Assembly: GCF_006345805.1 (NCBI RefSeq)
Contig: NC_043004.1
Location: 59,954,001 to 60,018,000 of the forward strand
Direction: 5' to 3'
Source of the DNA: Octopus sinensis
Lineage: Eukaryota
DNA: 64,000 bases
Shown here: piece after piece, positions 39,329 through 53,066 of the stretch
Position numbering within the stretch: the first letter of the stretch is position 1
Layout: every line of letters starts with the position of its first letter
The notes under the pieces: generated by a model
What the model saw: only the letters and a program-made list of their open reading frames with translations
What the model was told of the DNA's origin: nothing
The model's database searches: none
Position numbers and translations under genes: made by a program

Positions 39329-40331
39329 ACACACACATATACATACATATGATAAAGCGTCGGCTTCAAGATATCGTTCGAGTCTCAAGAGAGGAGAGGT
39401 TGCTAAAAGAGCCAAACTCACTATATTCATTTCAGTTTACATGCCTATCCACACCAATGGTCTTGACGGAATTAAAACGATCTCGAATACAATCAGTCGC
39501 ATGATGTTTCTCGTGAGGATCCTTGAGTAACATTACTCCGATGTGTACATAACTCGGAGATAAAGGAGTCTTTCCAGCTCGAAAAACCCTATTTCATATC
39601 GAGGGGTCACAGATCCAGTGCTACGGATATGTGATCAAAATGTCACAAAAAATATCTTATCACAGATTTTTCAAACCAAGCCAACCATTCAGGAATCTAG
39701 GGTTAGACCAAACACGAGGTAGTTTGATACCAGCCATCGTCTCATTTGGCCGTGCTTGGAAATCTATTTTGAAATCCTAATAATGGTTGTTTCTTGGAGG
39801 ACATTCGGGACTATAATCCTTCGACTTTCCCAGAAATAAAGGGCTGGAAAATGGAAGGTTGGGTAGATGGATGTTCAAAGGGATGTTATTGAGTGGTATT
39901 TATTTATCTTAGACTGCTGCAATTCAGCCGCTAATCAGAAAAATATACATGCTCACTCTCATAAGGGAGTTTGTGCTTGTGTGTGTGTGTGTGCGTGTGT
40001 GTGTGTCATTGTTTGTATGAGTGTGACAATCTAAAAGTTGCTGAACAACATTTACAGTTCAAAAGATAACACGAAACACGCACCTGAAAGGAAATTAAAA
40101 TGTCCATATCGAAATATAAAATGAAATATCATCTCATGGAAAAAGATAAATAACATCTTCAATATTGACAGAGATGCTGATCTACCACAAAAGTCCAAGA
40201 AAATTTTGTCTCTGCATATTTCTCCAACGCACACATTTATTTCATAGCAAAAATTAAGTGCACCCAGGTACCGCAGTTTTTCCCAGTTTTATTTCCTTGT
40301 AGGATGCATTGTATGCTGAAAATACTCTTTT

Positions 40332-40494
40332 ATGGTCCCAAATCGATATTTCTTGCATATTGCTATTTATTTCGATCAAGGATCGATTTTTGGCAGCTCT
40401 TATTGAACGGAAAACAAGTGCTATAACTGCAACGTCTGATAACAAAGATTTCTATAGTTTCTTATAAATGGCTTCTGTTGATTCTCACTCAGAA
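40332..40494 (-). repeat. Right copy of the inverted repeat pair
   Basis: Reverse complement of 38564-38724. Confidence 0.9.
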
Positions 40495-41565
40495 GCAAAG
40501 AATTCTCGGTATTCTCTGAACGATTTAGAGAAGAATTGATTTTCCAAACGACAAACGAAAGTAATAATGTAAAGGTTATCGGATTTTAAGATTAAATTTT
40601 CTCTTCGCGACATTGGCACTAAAGTGAGCTGTTTCATCCATTTTGACGATAATATAGAAAGACAATTGTTATAGACATATAGATACAAACATAAAATATA
40701 TAAACATACCTGTATGTTCCGTTTCAATGCTTAAAATACAATTAGATTGATAGTATGTGTACACTGAAGCCGAATATGTTAAATGTGGTTATGAATCGTT
40801 GACAGCTCTGTTTCGAACATGTCAACGTAATAACACGAAGAAGATAAACATTCCGATAGCAGCAGCTACGGAACATTAGTGTGAAGTCAAACCTGGTGGG
40901 AGGTTTACTTTCTTATATTAACAAGTCTTTCTTGAACGTACATGTGAATCTATTTCACATTAGCATTCATTCCCAATGTCTCCAATAACACAAGAATAAG
41001 ACGATGGAACAAATTGCTCTGAATGCAATTACAGACGTATGAATCTACATCCCTATAAAGGAAAATACCTTGGAAAAGTAATAGCCTGTCACGAATATGT
41101 CAGTCATACATGTAAACCGCTTGATATAAGAGACTATTCTCCCTCAAATTATATATTTCTTAAAGAAAATGACGCACTTATTAAGAGAGTAAACGCACCA
41201 GCAGAATTAAACATATAAACTCATACAAAATAAAAACAAATTCATGAAATCTTACATGGACATCGGCACATGTAAACTTACATACATAGGTAATCTAATA
41301 TTGGCACATATATCATTTCTGTAAAATGTAAAAAAATTTAATAAATGAATTTATTTACAAAGGCCGCATTGATAATATAATTGGTAGGATTACAGGTAAG
41401 TTCACCACCATCAACTGAATGTGAAGAAATTTCACCGTGAGGAAAGATCACCGCAAGGAAAGATTGCAGAGAGAACATGTACATGGTATCTCGCTATTAA
41501 TAGCTAAAAACTACTTTATTGGAAAATATATACATACATACATTTATACATATATATATATATAT

Positions 41566-41745
41566 ACGGAGAATTTACGAAAAAAACCCACAAAAGACGA
41601 AGACAGGTGATGTACAAAACAAACATATGTATTAGTATAACGCTCAGGAATAGAAAAAAGTCTTTTACGTTTCTAGCCTACGGTCTTCAACAAGAAAGGG
41701 ACAAAGAAAAAAAACGAGAGAAACAAGGATGTGTTTATATGTTTA
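41566..41745 (-). mobile_element. Short HHR-bearing element (decayed), same family as 61792-61996
   Basis: Shared TATTA....ACGCTCAGGAA; minus strand CTTTC-TTGTTGA-A-GACC.GTA.GGCTA-GAAAC-GTA-AAAG at 41662-41698. Confidence 0.6.
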
Positions 41746-41771
41746 ATTATGTATGTATGTATGTATGTATG

Positions 41772-41847
<76 letters not shown>

Positions 41848-42334
41848 ATTATATATATAATATATATATAACAGTCAGAAGGATGAATGTCATTGCTTTT
41901 CAATAGATCGACACTCTTTCAAAACATATATAGAATATTATCCCAGATATATAAAAATACACGGCTGTGTGGTCTCGATCAGAGAAACAAGTTTATATAA
42001 TATAACGCAAGTGATCATCAGTCAATTTATTTGCCGCTAATAAACGCAAACACTTTTATCAGGTTACATTTTCTCGCCTGTAACCTATGATAAACTGCAA
42101 ATGGAAATGCTCGTCACCTTTGCAACACAGCGAGAACAAATGGGCCGAGAAATTAACCATAAAGGTGTGTTGTCACATACACATCTTCGTCCTCATATAT
42201 TCCAAAGCTCTCCAAAAATGTATTGTATTAAGCGAGTGGAAATATGGGGAAATCAAACAGAGGCTGCAGGGTAGAACTCTCTATTACTTTGTGTGCATTA
42301 GGAAAGGTCAGCTTAAGGGTTTCTGGTCAGAAGA

Positions 42335-42455
42335 GTAAATGCAGAGATGTGAAACAAAATCCTTTGCCCAAGAATACGACGCGCTTCCTAGTCCAGGAAT
42401 CGAAATCATTACAATATGATCATGAGACCAATACCCTACTACTAAGTCAGGCACG
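42335..42455 (-). mobile_element. SINE family D head, diverged
   Basis: TTTGCCCAAGAATACGACGC...CCAGGAATCGAAATC. Confidence 0.55.
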
Positions 42456-42672
42456 TTCTCTTCTTGCATATGCACAAACAAGACTATATGAATTTATCTA
42501 TGCATATGTTTATATATGTGCGTGTAAAATGTACCAAAGTGTACCCGTATGTGAGTGTGAGTATGTGTGTGCATGCGTGCGTGTGTGTGTAAGTGTGCGC
42601 GCACGCTGCGAGTATGCAGGTCTGTACACTCACACATGCGCATGCATGCATTTATATCTATATCTATATAAT

Positions 42673-42705
<33 letters not shown>

Positions 42706-42825
42706 CACACATATATATATATATATATACATACATACATATATATGTGTATATTTATACACACACTAAGACATAATACATACATGCATACATATACATA
42801 CATACATACATATATAGATATATAT

Positions 42826-42880
<55 letters not shown>

Positions 42881-43889
42881 TACAAGTAAATATCTGTATA
42901 TAACTGCATCCTGTACGTGTTTAAAAAACGGAATATTTCCTCGAGAAAACGTATAAATAACTACCTATGTGCTACTATATCCTCCTACCACCTGTACAAC
43001 AAAACAAAACAAAAAATACTAAATTGGTGCTGCTGTCACATAATCCAGTGATATATTTATTGCAGATTCAAAGGAGTTATTACCAACGCTATGTGTTACC
43101 ATATTAACAATAAAACCGGCAAGTATCATAAAGGTTACCATCAAAACTATTATGGCCACCGAACCTCAATAACAACTTTTATTTCGTCAGCGACAATATC
43201 ACGCTCATCTTTACTAAAAGGAATAACGCAAACAACGAAATTAATTGCCACAGGAAGTTAATTTGATCGCTACCGCCATTGCAACCACAATAAGCGAGTC
43301 TATATATCTACATCCATTATGGTTGCATCCTTCTCCAGAACAGGGCTACTACTGTTACCATTTAAAGACATCACTTTTATATAGTGTGTATCCATCATCA
43401 AACCACTTAACTAATAACCTTCACCGAAAATTTCTACCTGTATCGCATTGGTCCATCATCATCATAAACTAGAGGCATATCCGGTACACTGATCACGTTA
43501 TCGAACAGGTCTATACTCATCACCACTACATTTAATAGCAACATCATAAGCATTGCCATCACCTACGGCAGCCCTCAACAACAACAACAACGATACCCCT
43601 AAGACAACAGCGTCATATCTACACCAAACAGGAATACCAAGTACATTGCATACAAGAACATTAGATCATCAATAATCATATTCATCAGCAGCAGGCCAGA
43701 AAGCAAGGCATCATCCTTATCTTCCTCATCATCGCCACCGTGGTCGTGGTCGTGGTCATCGTGGTCGTCGTCATCAAGTTGATCATCGACGTCTTAATGA
43801 AAACCGTCATTATCATGGAGGTAGCCAAGGGGAAGGAAAAAGGAGCAGCAAAACGAGCGCGAATGTAAAGAGAGGAGGAGGAGGGGGAA

Positions 43890-44139
43890 AGCGACGACAA
43901 CGACAACGACGACGACGATGATGACAATGATGATGATAATAATGATGATGATGATGATGATGGCGACCACGATGACAATGATGATGAGAACCACGCCGAC
44001 GCTTATGATTATGATGATGATGATAATGATGACGAGGTCGATAACAACGACGACGACGACAAGGATGATGATGATGATGATGACGACGATGACGACGATG
44101 ACGACGACGACGACGATGATGATGATGATGATGATAATA

Positions 44140-44170
<31 letters not shown>

Positions 44171-44515
44171 CGATGATGACGACGATGACGACGATGACGA
44201 CGACGACGACGATGATGATGATGATGATGATAATAATGATGATGATGATGATGATGATGATGATAATGATGACGAGGTCGATAACAACGACGACGACAGC
44301 AACGACGACGACGACAAGGATGATGATGACGACGATGACGACGATGACGACGACGACGACGACGATGATGATGATGATGATGATTACGACGACGACGACG
44401 ACGATGATGATGATGATGATGACGACGACACGACGATGATGATGATGATGATGATGATGTTGATGATGATGATGACGACGACGTCGATGATAATGGTGAC
44501 AACGATGATGATGAA
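43890..44515. repeat. (GAT)n/(GAC)n compound array with higher-order duplication
   Basis: The marker GACGAGGTCGATAACAACGAC recurs at 44031 and 44271 (240-bp spacing). Confidence 0.95.
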
Positions 44516-45569
44516 AAGGCCAACAAATATTGCAACAATGACCTACTTTGTAATCTGTATCGTATCCCTAGAAATCGTAGGTAAACCTCCCTCCAGGTAC
44601 ACCCTACTATTTTCTTGAAAATGAACAGATGGATATAATGCATAATGCAGTTCAGGGTACAATATTCCTCAACAGGAAAAAAATATTAAGCGACTTCCAC
44701 GGCTGGAGAGACTGTCCTCGAATATTTTTTGACAAATCTTTACATGTTGCACTTCAGTTACAACATCAACGATAACCATAGGCAGGGAAGCACAGCAACA
44801 ACAACAATAATAACATCGGAAGCAAAAATAAAAACAAAAAAAAAACAAAAAGAGAGAAGCCGGGAAAACAACTGCCGCAGTAACAACATAAACAGCAGCA
44901 ACAGCAGCAGCGGCAGCGGCGCAATATATTCCGCTGCAGCAGCAAGACTATCATTTCCACCACCGAGAACAACAATAACAACATCAAACAAGGGCAATAA
45001 TAACATCAGCAACAATGTGACCAACACTAAGAATAAAGCATCATCATAATAATCGTCATCGTCACGAACATCAGCATAATCACCATTCTCGTCCTCATCC
45101 TCCTCATCATCATTACCGTCATCATGATCCTGATCATCATCATAATCATAATCAGCATCAGCTATACCATCGTCGTCGTCGTCGTTATCATCGTCATCGT
45201 AATGAAAACCGCCACTACCATGGTGATAGCTATGGTGATGATGATAATGATGATAATGAAAATGATGACGATGATGATGATGATGATAAAGCGGAGGAGG
45301 AGAAAAGAATATGGAGTAGCAGGAGGAGGCGGACAACGGTGATGATGATGGCGCTGATGGTGAAGATGATGAGGAAGAGGAGGAAGTGGAGGGGGAAATT
45401 AGGTGGATGGGGAGGAGCAGAAGCAGAGGAACGACGACGACGATGATGATGATGATGGTGGTGGTGATGATGCTGACGAGAATGATGCTGATGCTGCTGA
45501 TGATGATGATTGTAATGAAGATGATGATGATGATGATGAGATCGGTAAGAATAACACAAATAGCAAAAT

Positions 45570-45576
45570 AATAATG

Positions 45577-45652
<76 letters not shown>

Positions 45653-45693
45653 TAATAATAATAATAACGATGATAATAATAATAATAATAATG

Positions 45694-45753
<60 letters not shown>

Positions 45754-45772
45754 TTACTAATAATAATAATAA
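45570..45772. repeat. (AAT)n microsatellite
   Basis: Directly visible. Confidence 0.95.
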
Positions 45773-46361
45773 AATCTGTGATAACAGCGTCAACAACAAG
45801 ATCAACAGAAATAATACTAGAATAGAAAAAAATTATAAAAGCATAAAGCAATACAACAAAAACTCCAGCAATAACAGTAACATCAACAACAAAGAATGCA
45901 ACAGCAGTGGTATAAAATGCAACAAAAAAAAACAAAAAAACTAGCTGATGATAGTAATGTTATTGCAGGAACCACGAAATATTTTAATATATAGCAATGA
46001 GTGGTAGCAAGAGTAAAAACGACCGCAACAAGGCTTGGAATGACATGTACAACGGTAGCAAAAAAAAAAAAATATATATATAAAAAATCAAGAGCTGGAT
46101 ACACATTCAGCAGCATAATAGCCCAAATTTCTTCGAAAAATGCAAGAAGGGGTCAATACTAAATTGAACTGTTATATAGTTATACAGCCATTGACAACGT
46201 GGCAAAGAACTGTGCTGCACTGAAAATTAGTTTTCCTCTAAGTGTTAATGGCGATTTTTTGCATTTGTGTCCATCGACTGAGATTTATGAGTGTGTATAC
46301 CCGCCTAAGTACACAGCATAGTACATATAACTATAGTTACGCGTATATATATATATATAAT

Positions 46362-46428
<67 letters not shown>

Positions 46429-46521
46429 TAGATACTACATATATATATGACATATATATATATTTTTATATATATATATATATATATATACATACATATG
46501 ATATATATCTATATATACATA

Positions 46522-46554
<33 letters not shown>

Positions 46555-46587
46555 TATGTATATATAATATATATATATACATGTATG

Positions 46588-46618
<31 letters not shown>

Positions 46619-47416
46619 ATATATATATATATTATATATATATAATATATATATATACATACATGTATGTATATATATATACTTATAGAGAATACTCATA
46701 CAAAAATATCTACATAGGCGAGCACACACACATACACACGCAAGTACATATATATACATATAAATATGTGCTCACGCTCACACCATCGCTGACATGTTGA
46801 GACACGCATATTACTTCGTACGTCGCACATCACAAAAACATAGCCCACATGTTTGCGAATATGTATGTTTGTGTATGGTGTGTGGGGAGTATATATATCA
46901 TGAGTGTATATGTATATATATATATATTATATATATATAGATATATAGATATATATATATATATATATATAAATGTATTTATATACATATATGTTTATAT
47001 GTATCATATGTATTATTTATAATATATAATATTAAACTATTAACATACTTTCTCTAAACATACGCATACACGCAGACCTGCAAACATGCATGTATGTATA
47101 GATATTGAAAAAATACCTGATCGTAAAAGAAAAACATTTCTGCGAACTACTAACTGGCATGCCCATACACACATACCCACACACACACACACACACATAC
47201 ACACACAGAAAGGGGAAATGGAGGAGGAGGATGAAAGATGAACATGTTGAAACTTATGAACACACAATTACTCACACGCCAACATATATAAATATATACT
47301 TTTGTTGGTGTTGGTGTCTATGTGAGCGTATATATTATATATCTATATATATATATATATAATATATATATATAATATATGCATACATATATATATATAA
47401 CATATATATATATATC

Positions 47417-47469
<53 letters not shown>

Positions 47470-47674
47470 GTATATATATATGCTATATATATATTATATA
47501 TATATTTATAGTGTATTTCTATTGGATGTGTGATGCTATATATCAAAGTATCTTCGCGTGTGCTGGTGCGTAGTGTGTGTGTACTGCTGTGTGTCTTTTG
47601 TAAGTATGTGTCTTAGTATGTGATTTCTGTATCTGTGCGCCTAAACATCAAAGCAATCTAACACAAACCCAAAT

Positions 47675-47829
47675 AATAACATAGTAATAATAATAATAAT
47701 AATAATAAATAACAAGAAATAATAATAACGATAATAATAACAATAATAGCAATAATAATAATAATAATAATAATAGTAATATTAATAATAATAATAACAA
47801 TAATAATAATAATGATGATAATAATAATA

Positions 47830-47860
<31 letters not shown>

Positions 47861-48004
47861 TGATGATGATGATAAAATAATAATAATCAAATAATAATAT
47901 AATAATAATAATAATAATAAATAATAACAATAATAGTACATAATAATAATAATATAATAATGATGATGAATAATAATAATAATAAAATATAATAATAATA
48001 ATAA

Positions 48005-48052
<48 letters not shown>

Positions 48053-48063
48053 GAATAATAATA
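47675..48063. repeat. (AAT)n microsatellite
   Basis: Directly visible. Confidence 0.95.
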
Positions 48064-48872
48064 CCAAAAACAATGATAAATAATATATAACTAAATAAAG
48101 TAGTGGCATTATTCCATCATCCGACTTTTAAATACTCGCCTTCCTCTTGTTGAGCAGAGGATCGTAACCTCCGCTTCATCTCTTCCTATTAAACATTGAC
48201 AAGGTAATTTTACCGCATGCAAACACTGTTGAACTTCAAAGTGGAGCAAAAAAGAAGTAAAAAAAGAAGCTCTTTAACAGTCAGCTTATTTTTAATAGGT
48301 CCGCTATCAAGCCATCACTTTCTCTCTCCCTCTCACTCCCTATCTCTCTCCATCTCTCTCTCTCTATCCCTTGGTGCTGCACTCACTCTATCCATTCATT
48401 CACAACCACAGCACCGCTTTGCCTCAGCACCACTCTAAACCTCGCTACAATACTTTACACAACCTGCAAAACTAATACAGGTGCAATTTTCGCTGATGGT
48501 TGAGAACGATTGAAGAATGTGAAGCGAACAGTGGGAGAATAGGAGCGAAATAACTAAATATATTTAGCTCTTTTTTTTTCTTTCTCTCTTTCTCTCTCTC
48601 TTATTTCCGTCTTTTTCCTGCTCCCGTTATATTACTTTAATTCAGATTGATCTACCATTTTTTGTTTACTTGTATTCCCCATTTTCTTTACAGACACACG
48701 CACAAACATCCTTACACACTTATACATGCGTGCATATTGGTAGGTATATATTATATACGTCTGTGAGCGTGTGAGTGAGTAGGTATGTGTGTCAGCATTT
48801 CTCTACTTTCTGTTCGTGTAAGATTTATATATATTTAAATGCCGAAACACATATAGAGGCATATATATGTAC

Positions 48873-48934
<62 letters not shown>

Positions 48935-49292
48935 GTATGTACATATGTATATATATGTGTATATATATACATACATAAATATATATTATACATACATATA
49001 AATAAATATATATACATATATAAATATATATACACATTCAAGTAGTACATGTAAATATATATATTCACACACACACATGTGCTAGTGTCTATGTTACTTT
49101 CTTTGGAATCGGTTTAAATTAAATGAATATTAAGTGGTTTTCAGTAGAAAGCAACGAAACATGTGTAAGGTGCTGTTGTAGACTACTTTGCCCTCTGTTT
49201 TGGCTTAAAATCTTCCGCAAAACGAATAAAATCTTTACGTCACTCGCAAGTGGAAGAAGTTATATATAGTCGTGTTTACGTATTAGCACCGG

Positions 49293-49445
49293 TACGGCTG
49301 TATGGTTATGAATCATGCTTTATAACCCCATGATTTCGGTTTCAGTCCTACTGCAGGGCACATTCGTTGGGTGTCTTCTACTGATCAATATATTATGAGT
49401 GAAGTTGCTATTTGGTTCGGGCCAACTGCTTGGAAGCCTGTTTGT
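49293..49445 (+). mobile_element. SINE family B 5' half (old); 3' half at ~51030-51337
   Basis: GGCTGTATGGTTA...TTCAGTCCTACTGC...GTGTCTTCTACT...GAAGCCTG; continuation GCTTGACAAC...CCGATAGAATAAG...CCAGCATGGTCGCAGTC after the intervening insertions. Confidence 0.6.
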
Positions 49446-49945
49446 AGCACACATACACACACAGACATACATAAATGTATGATTTTTCTTTTAATTTAAG
49501 TTCTTGTTGAGAGAGTTCAAGCCGTGTGCGAATAGAGCAAAACATATTTCTCAGTTAAGAGAGTTCCCGGTGTTTGAAAATATGTGGTTGAATTGGTGTG
49601 TCGGTTGAACTGTCAATACATACATCCAAGAGTTTGCATCTATTTTCATAAGATTCTCACATGTAGAATATTTGGAATATCTTACAAATCTCCACAGTGT
49701 GCTAATAGATTGGATTTGGACGATCAGTGCTAGTTTCTTCTGCTCTTCTTTCGTGAAACTAAATGTTTTTAGGCTTTTGGGCAAACCTTTTGGTACATAA
49801 CTTAATGCACGTACGATAATAGTTACGAATGAGAATTCCTAGCCGAAGTACAAGAGCTGTAAGTTCCACATAAATTCGCAATAAATATCCTCTTTTTCCT
49901 GGATTTTCGATTGTACATTCACATTTGCTGGGCATGAACGCATGT

Positions 49946-50184
49946 ATCACGTTGCTCCAGTTCACTCAGCTGTAGAAATGAGTTGCGACGTCACTGGTGC
50001 CAAGCTGTATCGACATTTGTCTTTCCCTTGGATAACACTGGTGGCGTGGAGAGGGGAGGCTGGTATGAATGGGCGACTGCTGGTCTTCCATAAACAACCT
50101 TGCCCGGACTTGTGTCTAGGAGGGTAACTTTCTAGGTGCAATCCCATGGTCATTCATGACCGAAGGGGGTCTTTACCCCTTTTA
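49946..50184 (+). mobile_element. SINE body and 3' part (family D-related) with CTTTACC tail
   Basis: TCACGTTGCTCCAG.TCACTCAGCTG start matches the reverse complement of 37825-37840; ends in CTTTACCCCTTTTA. Confidence 0.55.
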
Positions 50185-51024
50185 CGAGAGTGGGCCGAAA
50201 AGTTCATAGGCTGACCACGATGCAATGGTCGAACTTGACCTACTGTGTTTTATTTTTCAACATAGTCTCCCCTGCGATCCATACACTTCTTCCATCGATG
50301 TTGCTGCGTTTGGATTCTCATTGCATAGAAGCTCTCATCCTGATCATCAAAAAGTCCTGAACAACACATATGTCCCCATCATCGGTCCGATACTGCTTCC
50401 CAGCAAAATGTTCTTTTATGCTGGGTAACAGAAAATAGTCAGAGGGTGCCAAATCAGGAGAATATGTAGGGTTATCAATCAGTTCAAAGGCACAGTCGCG
50501 CGTAAGACTTCCACATGTCAAGTTGGTTATGTAGAATGTTCTCAACGCGTCCACGGGAGATGCCTACAGCATGAGCTATCTGATTACCATTTAAACGTAG
50601 TCATCTATCACCATGTGGTGAACACGGTTGATATTGGGTGGTGGCTGTGGTAGGACGTCAGACCTTGGATCATTTTCAAGACTCTCCCTACTACTCTTGA
50701 TTTCAGCTGCCCGCTTTTGCAGAGTTTATAAAGATAGGGCTTCATTCCCTCATGTAGCAACCATGTCAGAATGAATGTCCTTAGGGGATAATCCCTTTCT
50801 TTCCGCAGGTATTCGATTGCACGTCGCTGCCAAATTTTATCCATTTTCGCGAATCGTCTCTTGTACCACTTTTCCAAGTCTTCAATTCTGTATCCAGCAT
50901 GGGTGTATCTGGAAAGAGAAAATGCAGTTAGCATCAATAAAGTTTGAATTTAATGCATGCTATGTTTAGTTACTTTATTATATCCACTTCTTATTCAGCC
51001 TATGAATATTTCAACCCACTCTCG
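50185..51024 (-). mobile_element. Internally deleted mariner (irritans-like), 840 bp, TA TSD
   Basis: 30-bp TIRs CGAGAGTGGG..GAAA..TTCATAGGCTGA (4 mismatches); YSPDLAPSDYFL motif; N-terminal MDKIWQRRAIEYL. Confidence 0.9.
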
Positions 51025-51539
51025 TATTAAGGTGTGTGACTTTGTATCTGTGTTCGTCCACCATCTCGCTTGACAACTGGTATTTTTTTTATTTATGTTC
51101 TCATGACGTAGCTGTTTGGAATATAAAACCGATAGAATAAGGGCCTGGGTCAGATTTAAAAGAAAGAGATGTTTAGGGGACGATTTATAAAAGTAAATTT
51201 ATTTAAGACACATATCAGCACAATCCTGTGCATGTATTACTGTCTGGGGGAAATTGCAAGCTAATTACACAAAAGGCATTCTTCGATCAATTCCAGCATG
51301 GTCGCAGTCTAATGATTAAAACATGTAAAAAGATTATAGAAGCTATACATTTTTTCTAGGAATGTACATATCTGACCTGTGATTGTTCCATATGTGTTAT
51401 CGTAAATCTCTGGGCCATTATGAGGAAAGTTATTTCTATTTCATACAATCGATCCAATTAGCAGGGAAGAAGCTTCTAACATAGACTGCAAATCGGTTAA
51501 TTAACTTATAATTTCCCAGAAACTGTCATATGTTCATAT

Positions 51540-51954
51540 GGCGGCGAGCCGTCAGAAACGTTAGCACATCGGGCGAAATGCTTAGCGGTGTTTCGTCTGC
51601 CGCTACGTTCTGAGTTCAAATTCCGCCGAGGTTGACATTGCTTTTCATCTTTTCGGGCTCGATTAAATAAGTACCAGTTACTCACTGGGGTCGATATAAT
51701 CAACTTAATCTGCTTGTCTATCTTTCTTTGTCTCCTCTATGTTTATCCCCTTGTGGGCAGTAAAGAAATAGGTATTTCGTCTGCCGTTACGTTCTGAGTT
51801 GAAATTCCGCCGACGTTGACTTTGCCTCTCATCTTTTGGGGGTTGATAAATTAAGTACCAGTTACGCACTGGGGTCGATGTAATCGACTTCATCCCTTTG
51901 TCTAACCTTGTTTGACCTATTTATGTTTAGCCTCTTATGGGTAATAAAGAAATA
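51540..51954 (+). mobile_element. SINE family A head-to-tail dimer inside one 19-bp TSD
   Basis: Monomer 51540-51770, then a second unit starting GGTATTTCGTC at 51771; flanks AGAAAC(T/A)GTCATATGTTCA at 51518-51536 and 51955-51973. Confidence 0.9.
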
Positions 51955-52466
51955 AGAAACAGTCATATGTTCACAGGAATTTACTGATGCCAATACACGC
52001 GTATATACTTAAATTTCTGAACTCAGATCCCTTATGTAGATAGATGATGTGGGTTCGTTTGTTATGTGTAGAATTGTGAGCAAGAGATTTCTATAAAAGC
52101 GTCGGAGCAACACATACTGTGAGTTAAATTGGATAAACAGAAATGTTCTGGATACCAATAAGAAAGTTTGCACGTATAGTTCATCAATGCATGCGTGTTG
52201 CAAACTTACGCGCGTTGCGGCGACCCTGCGGAGGGATTACGTTAAACGTACTCTTGTCTTTGGAATAATCATTCCAATATATAGAGAAGGCAATGCAGTT
52301 CATCATATAAATGAGTACTCATCGTCGAAATCGACAGAGATCCATTTACACTTTTTTCTTGTTCCCATAGTGCATATGTGACTAAAATTTCAAAATTAAT
52401 ATGTATAGGTTAAAAGTTATTCATGCAAAGTACGTACATACGTGCATATATATATATATATATATA

Positions 52467-52509
<43 letters not shown>

Positions 52510-52514
52510 ATATA

Positions 52515-52939
52515 TTGTCAAAAAAAGGGTAAAATTAATTAATTCGACCGAACAGGGAGATAACTAGATCTCATTTGTATTTTGGGATTCGCTGGTACTG
52601 GTGGTCTGGCATGGTTTGTCCGGTGTTACCCATATCGGACGGGTATGTTTGATTTTTAGTATTTTCAGATCCAAATCAGAAGAAATCTCTGAGCTGATGA
52701 AGGAAATGTTGGCGTTTAGTCAACTAATCCAGAAACAGCCTTGTCCTCGGGTGATCTCATATGGATGTGATCTTTTGTTGTTTTTCCCTTATACCTATGT
52801 GAGTTATTTCTGAGTATGCATTGTCTGGGAGACTTTTCTTGCAGTAGAAGAAATAGCCAAATTTTTTGGCTGCTATTTCTAAAAATCTCGGTGTGTGGTA
52901 AAGTAAATTATTTTACTTTGCCCAATTTTTTAATAAAAG

Positions 52940-52942
<3 letters not shown>
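52515..52942 (+). mobile_element. (TA)n-flanked non-coding element carrying a hammerhead
   Basis: About 430 bp between long (TA)n tracts; HHR at 52688-52751; AGAAATAGC/GCTATTTCT hairpin at 52849-52880. Confidence 0.7.
52688..52751 (+). ncRNA. Type I hammerhead ribozyme
   Basis: TCTGAG-CTGATGA-AGGA..GTTGGC/GTCAAC..TCCA-GAAA-CAGCCTT-GTC-CTCGGG: stem I 6 bp with G-U pairs, GUC site after 52745; A-A mismatch at the base of stem II. Confidence 0.75.
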
Positions 52943-52983
<41 letters not shown>

Positions 52984-52986
52984 ATA

Positions 52987-53066
<80 letters not shown>

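Noticed and set aside
40796-40940. Minus-strand GAAAC-AGAGCT-GTC-AACG with distant CGTT, as a long hammerhead
   Set aside because: No acceptable CUGANGA core (reads CAAGAAA); unsupported.
43676-45935. His/Arg/Met/Asp-rich ORFs (protamine-like or reflectin-like appearance)
   Set aside because: Open in several frames on both strands because of trinucleotide repeats; no reflectin motif or splice structure.
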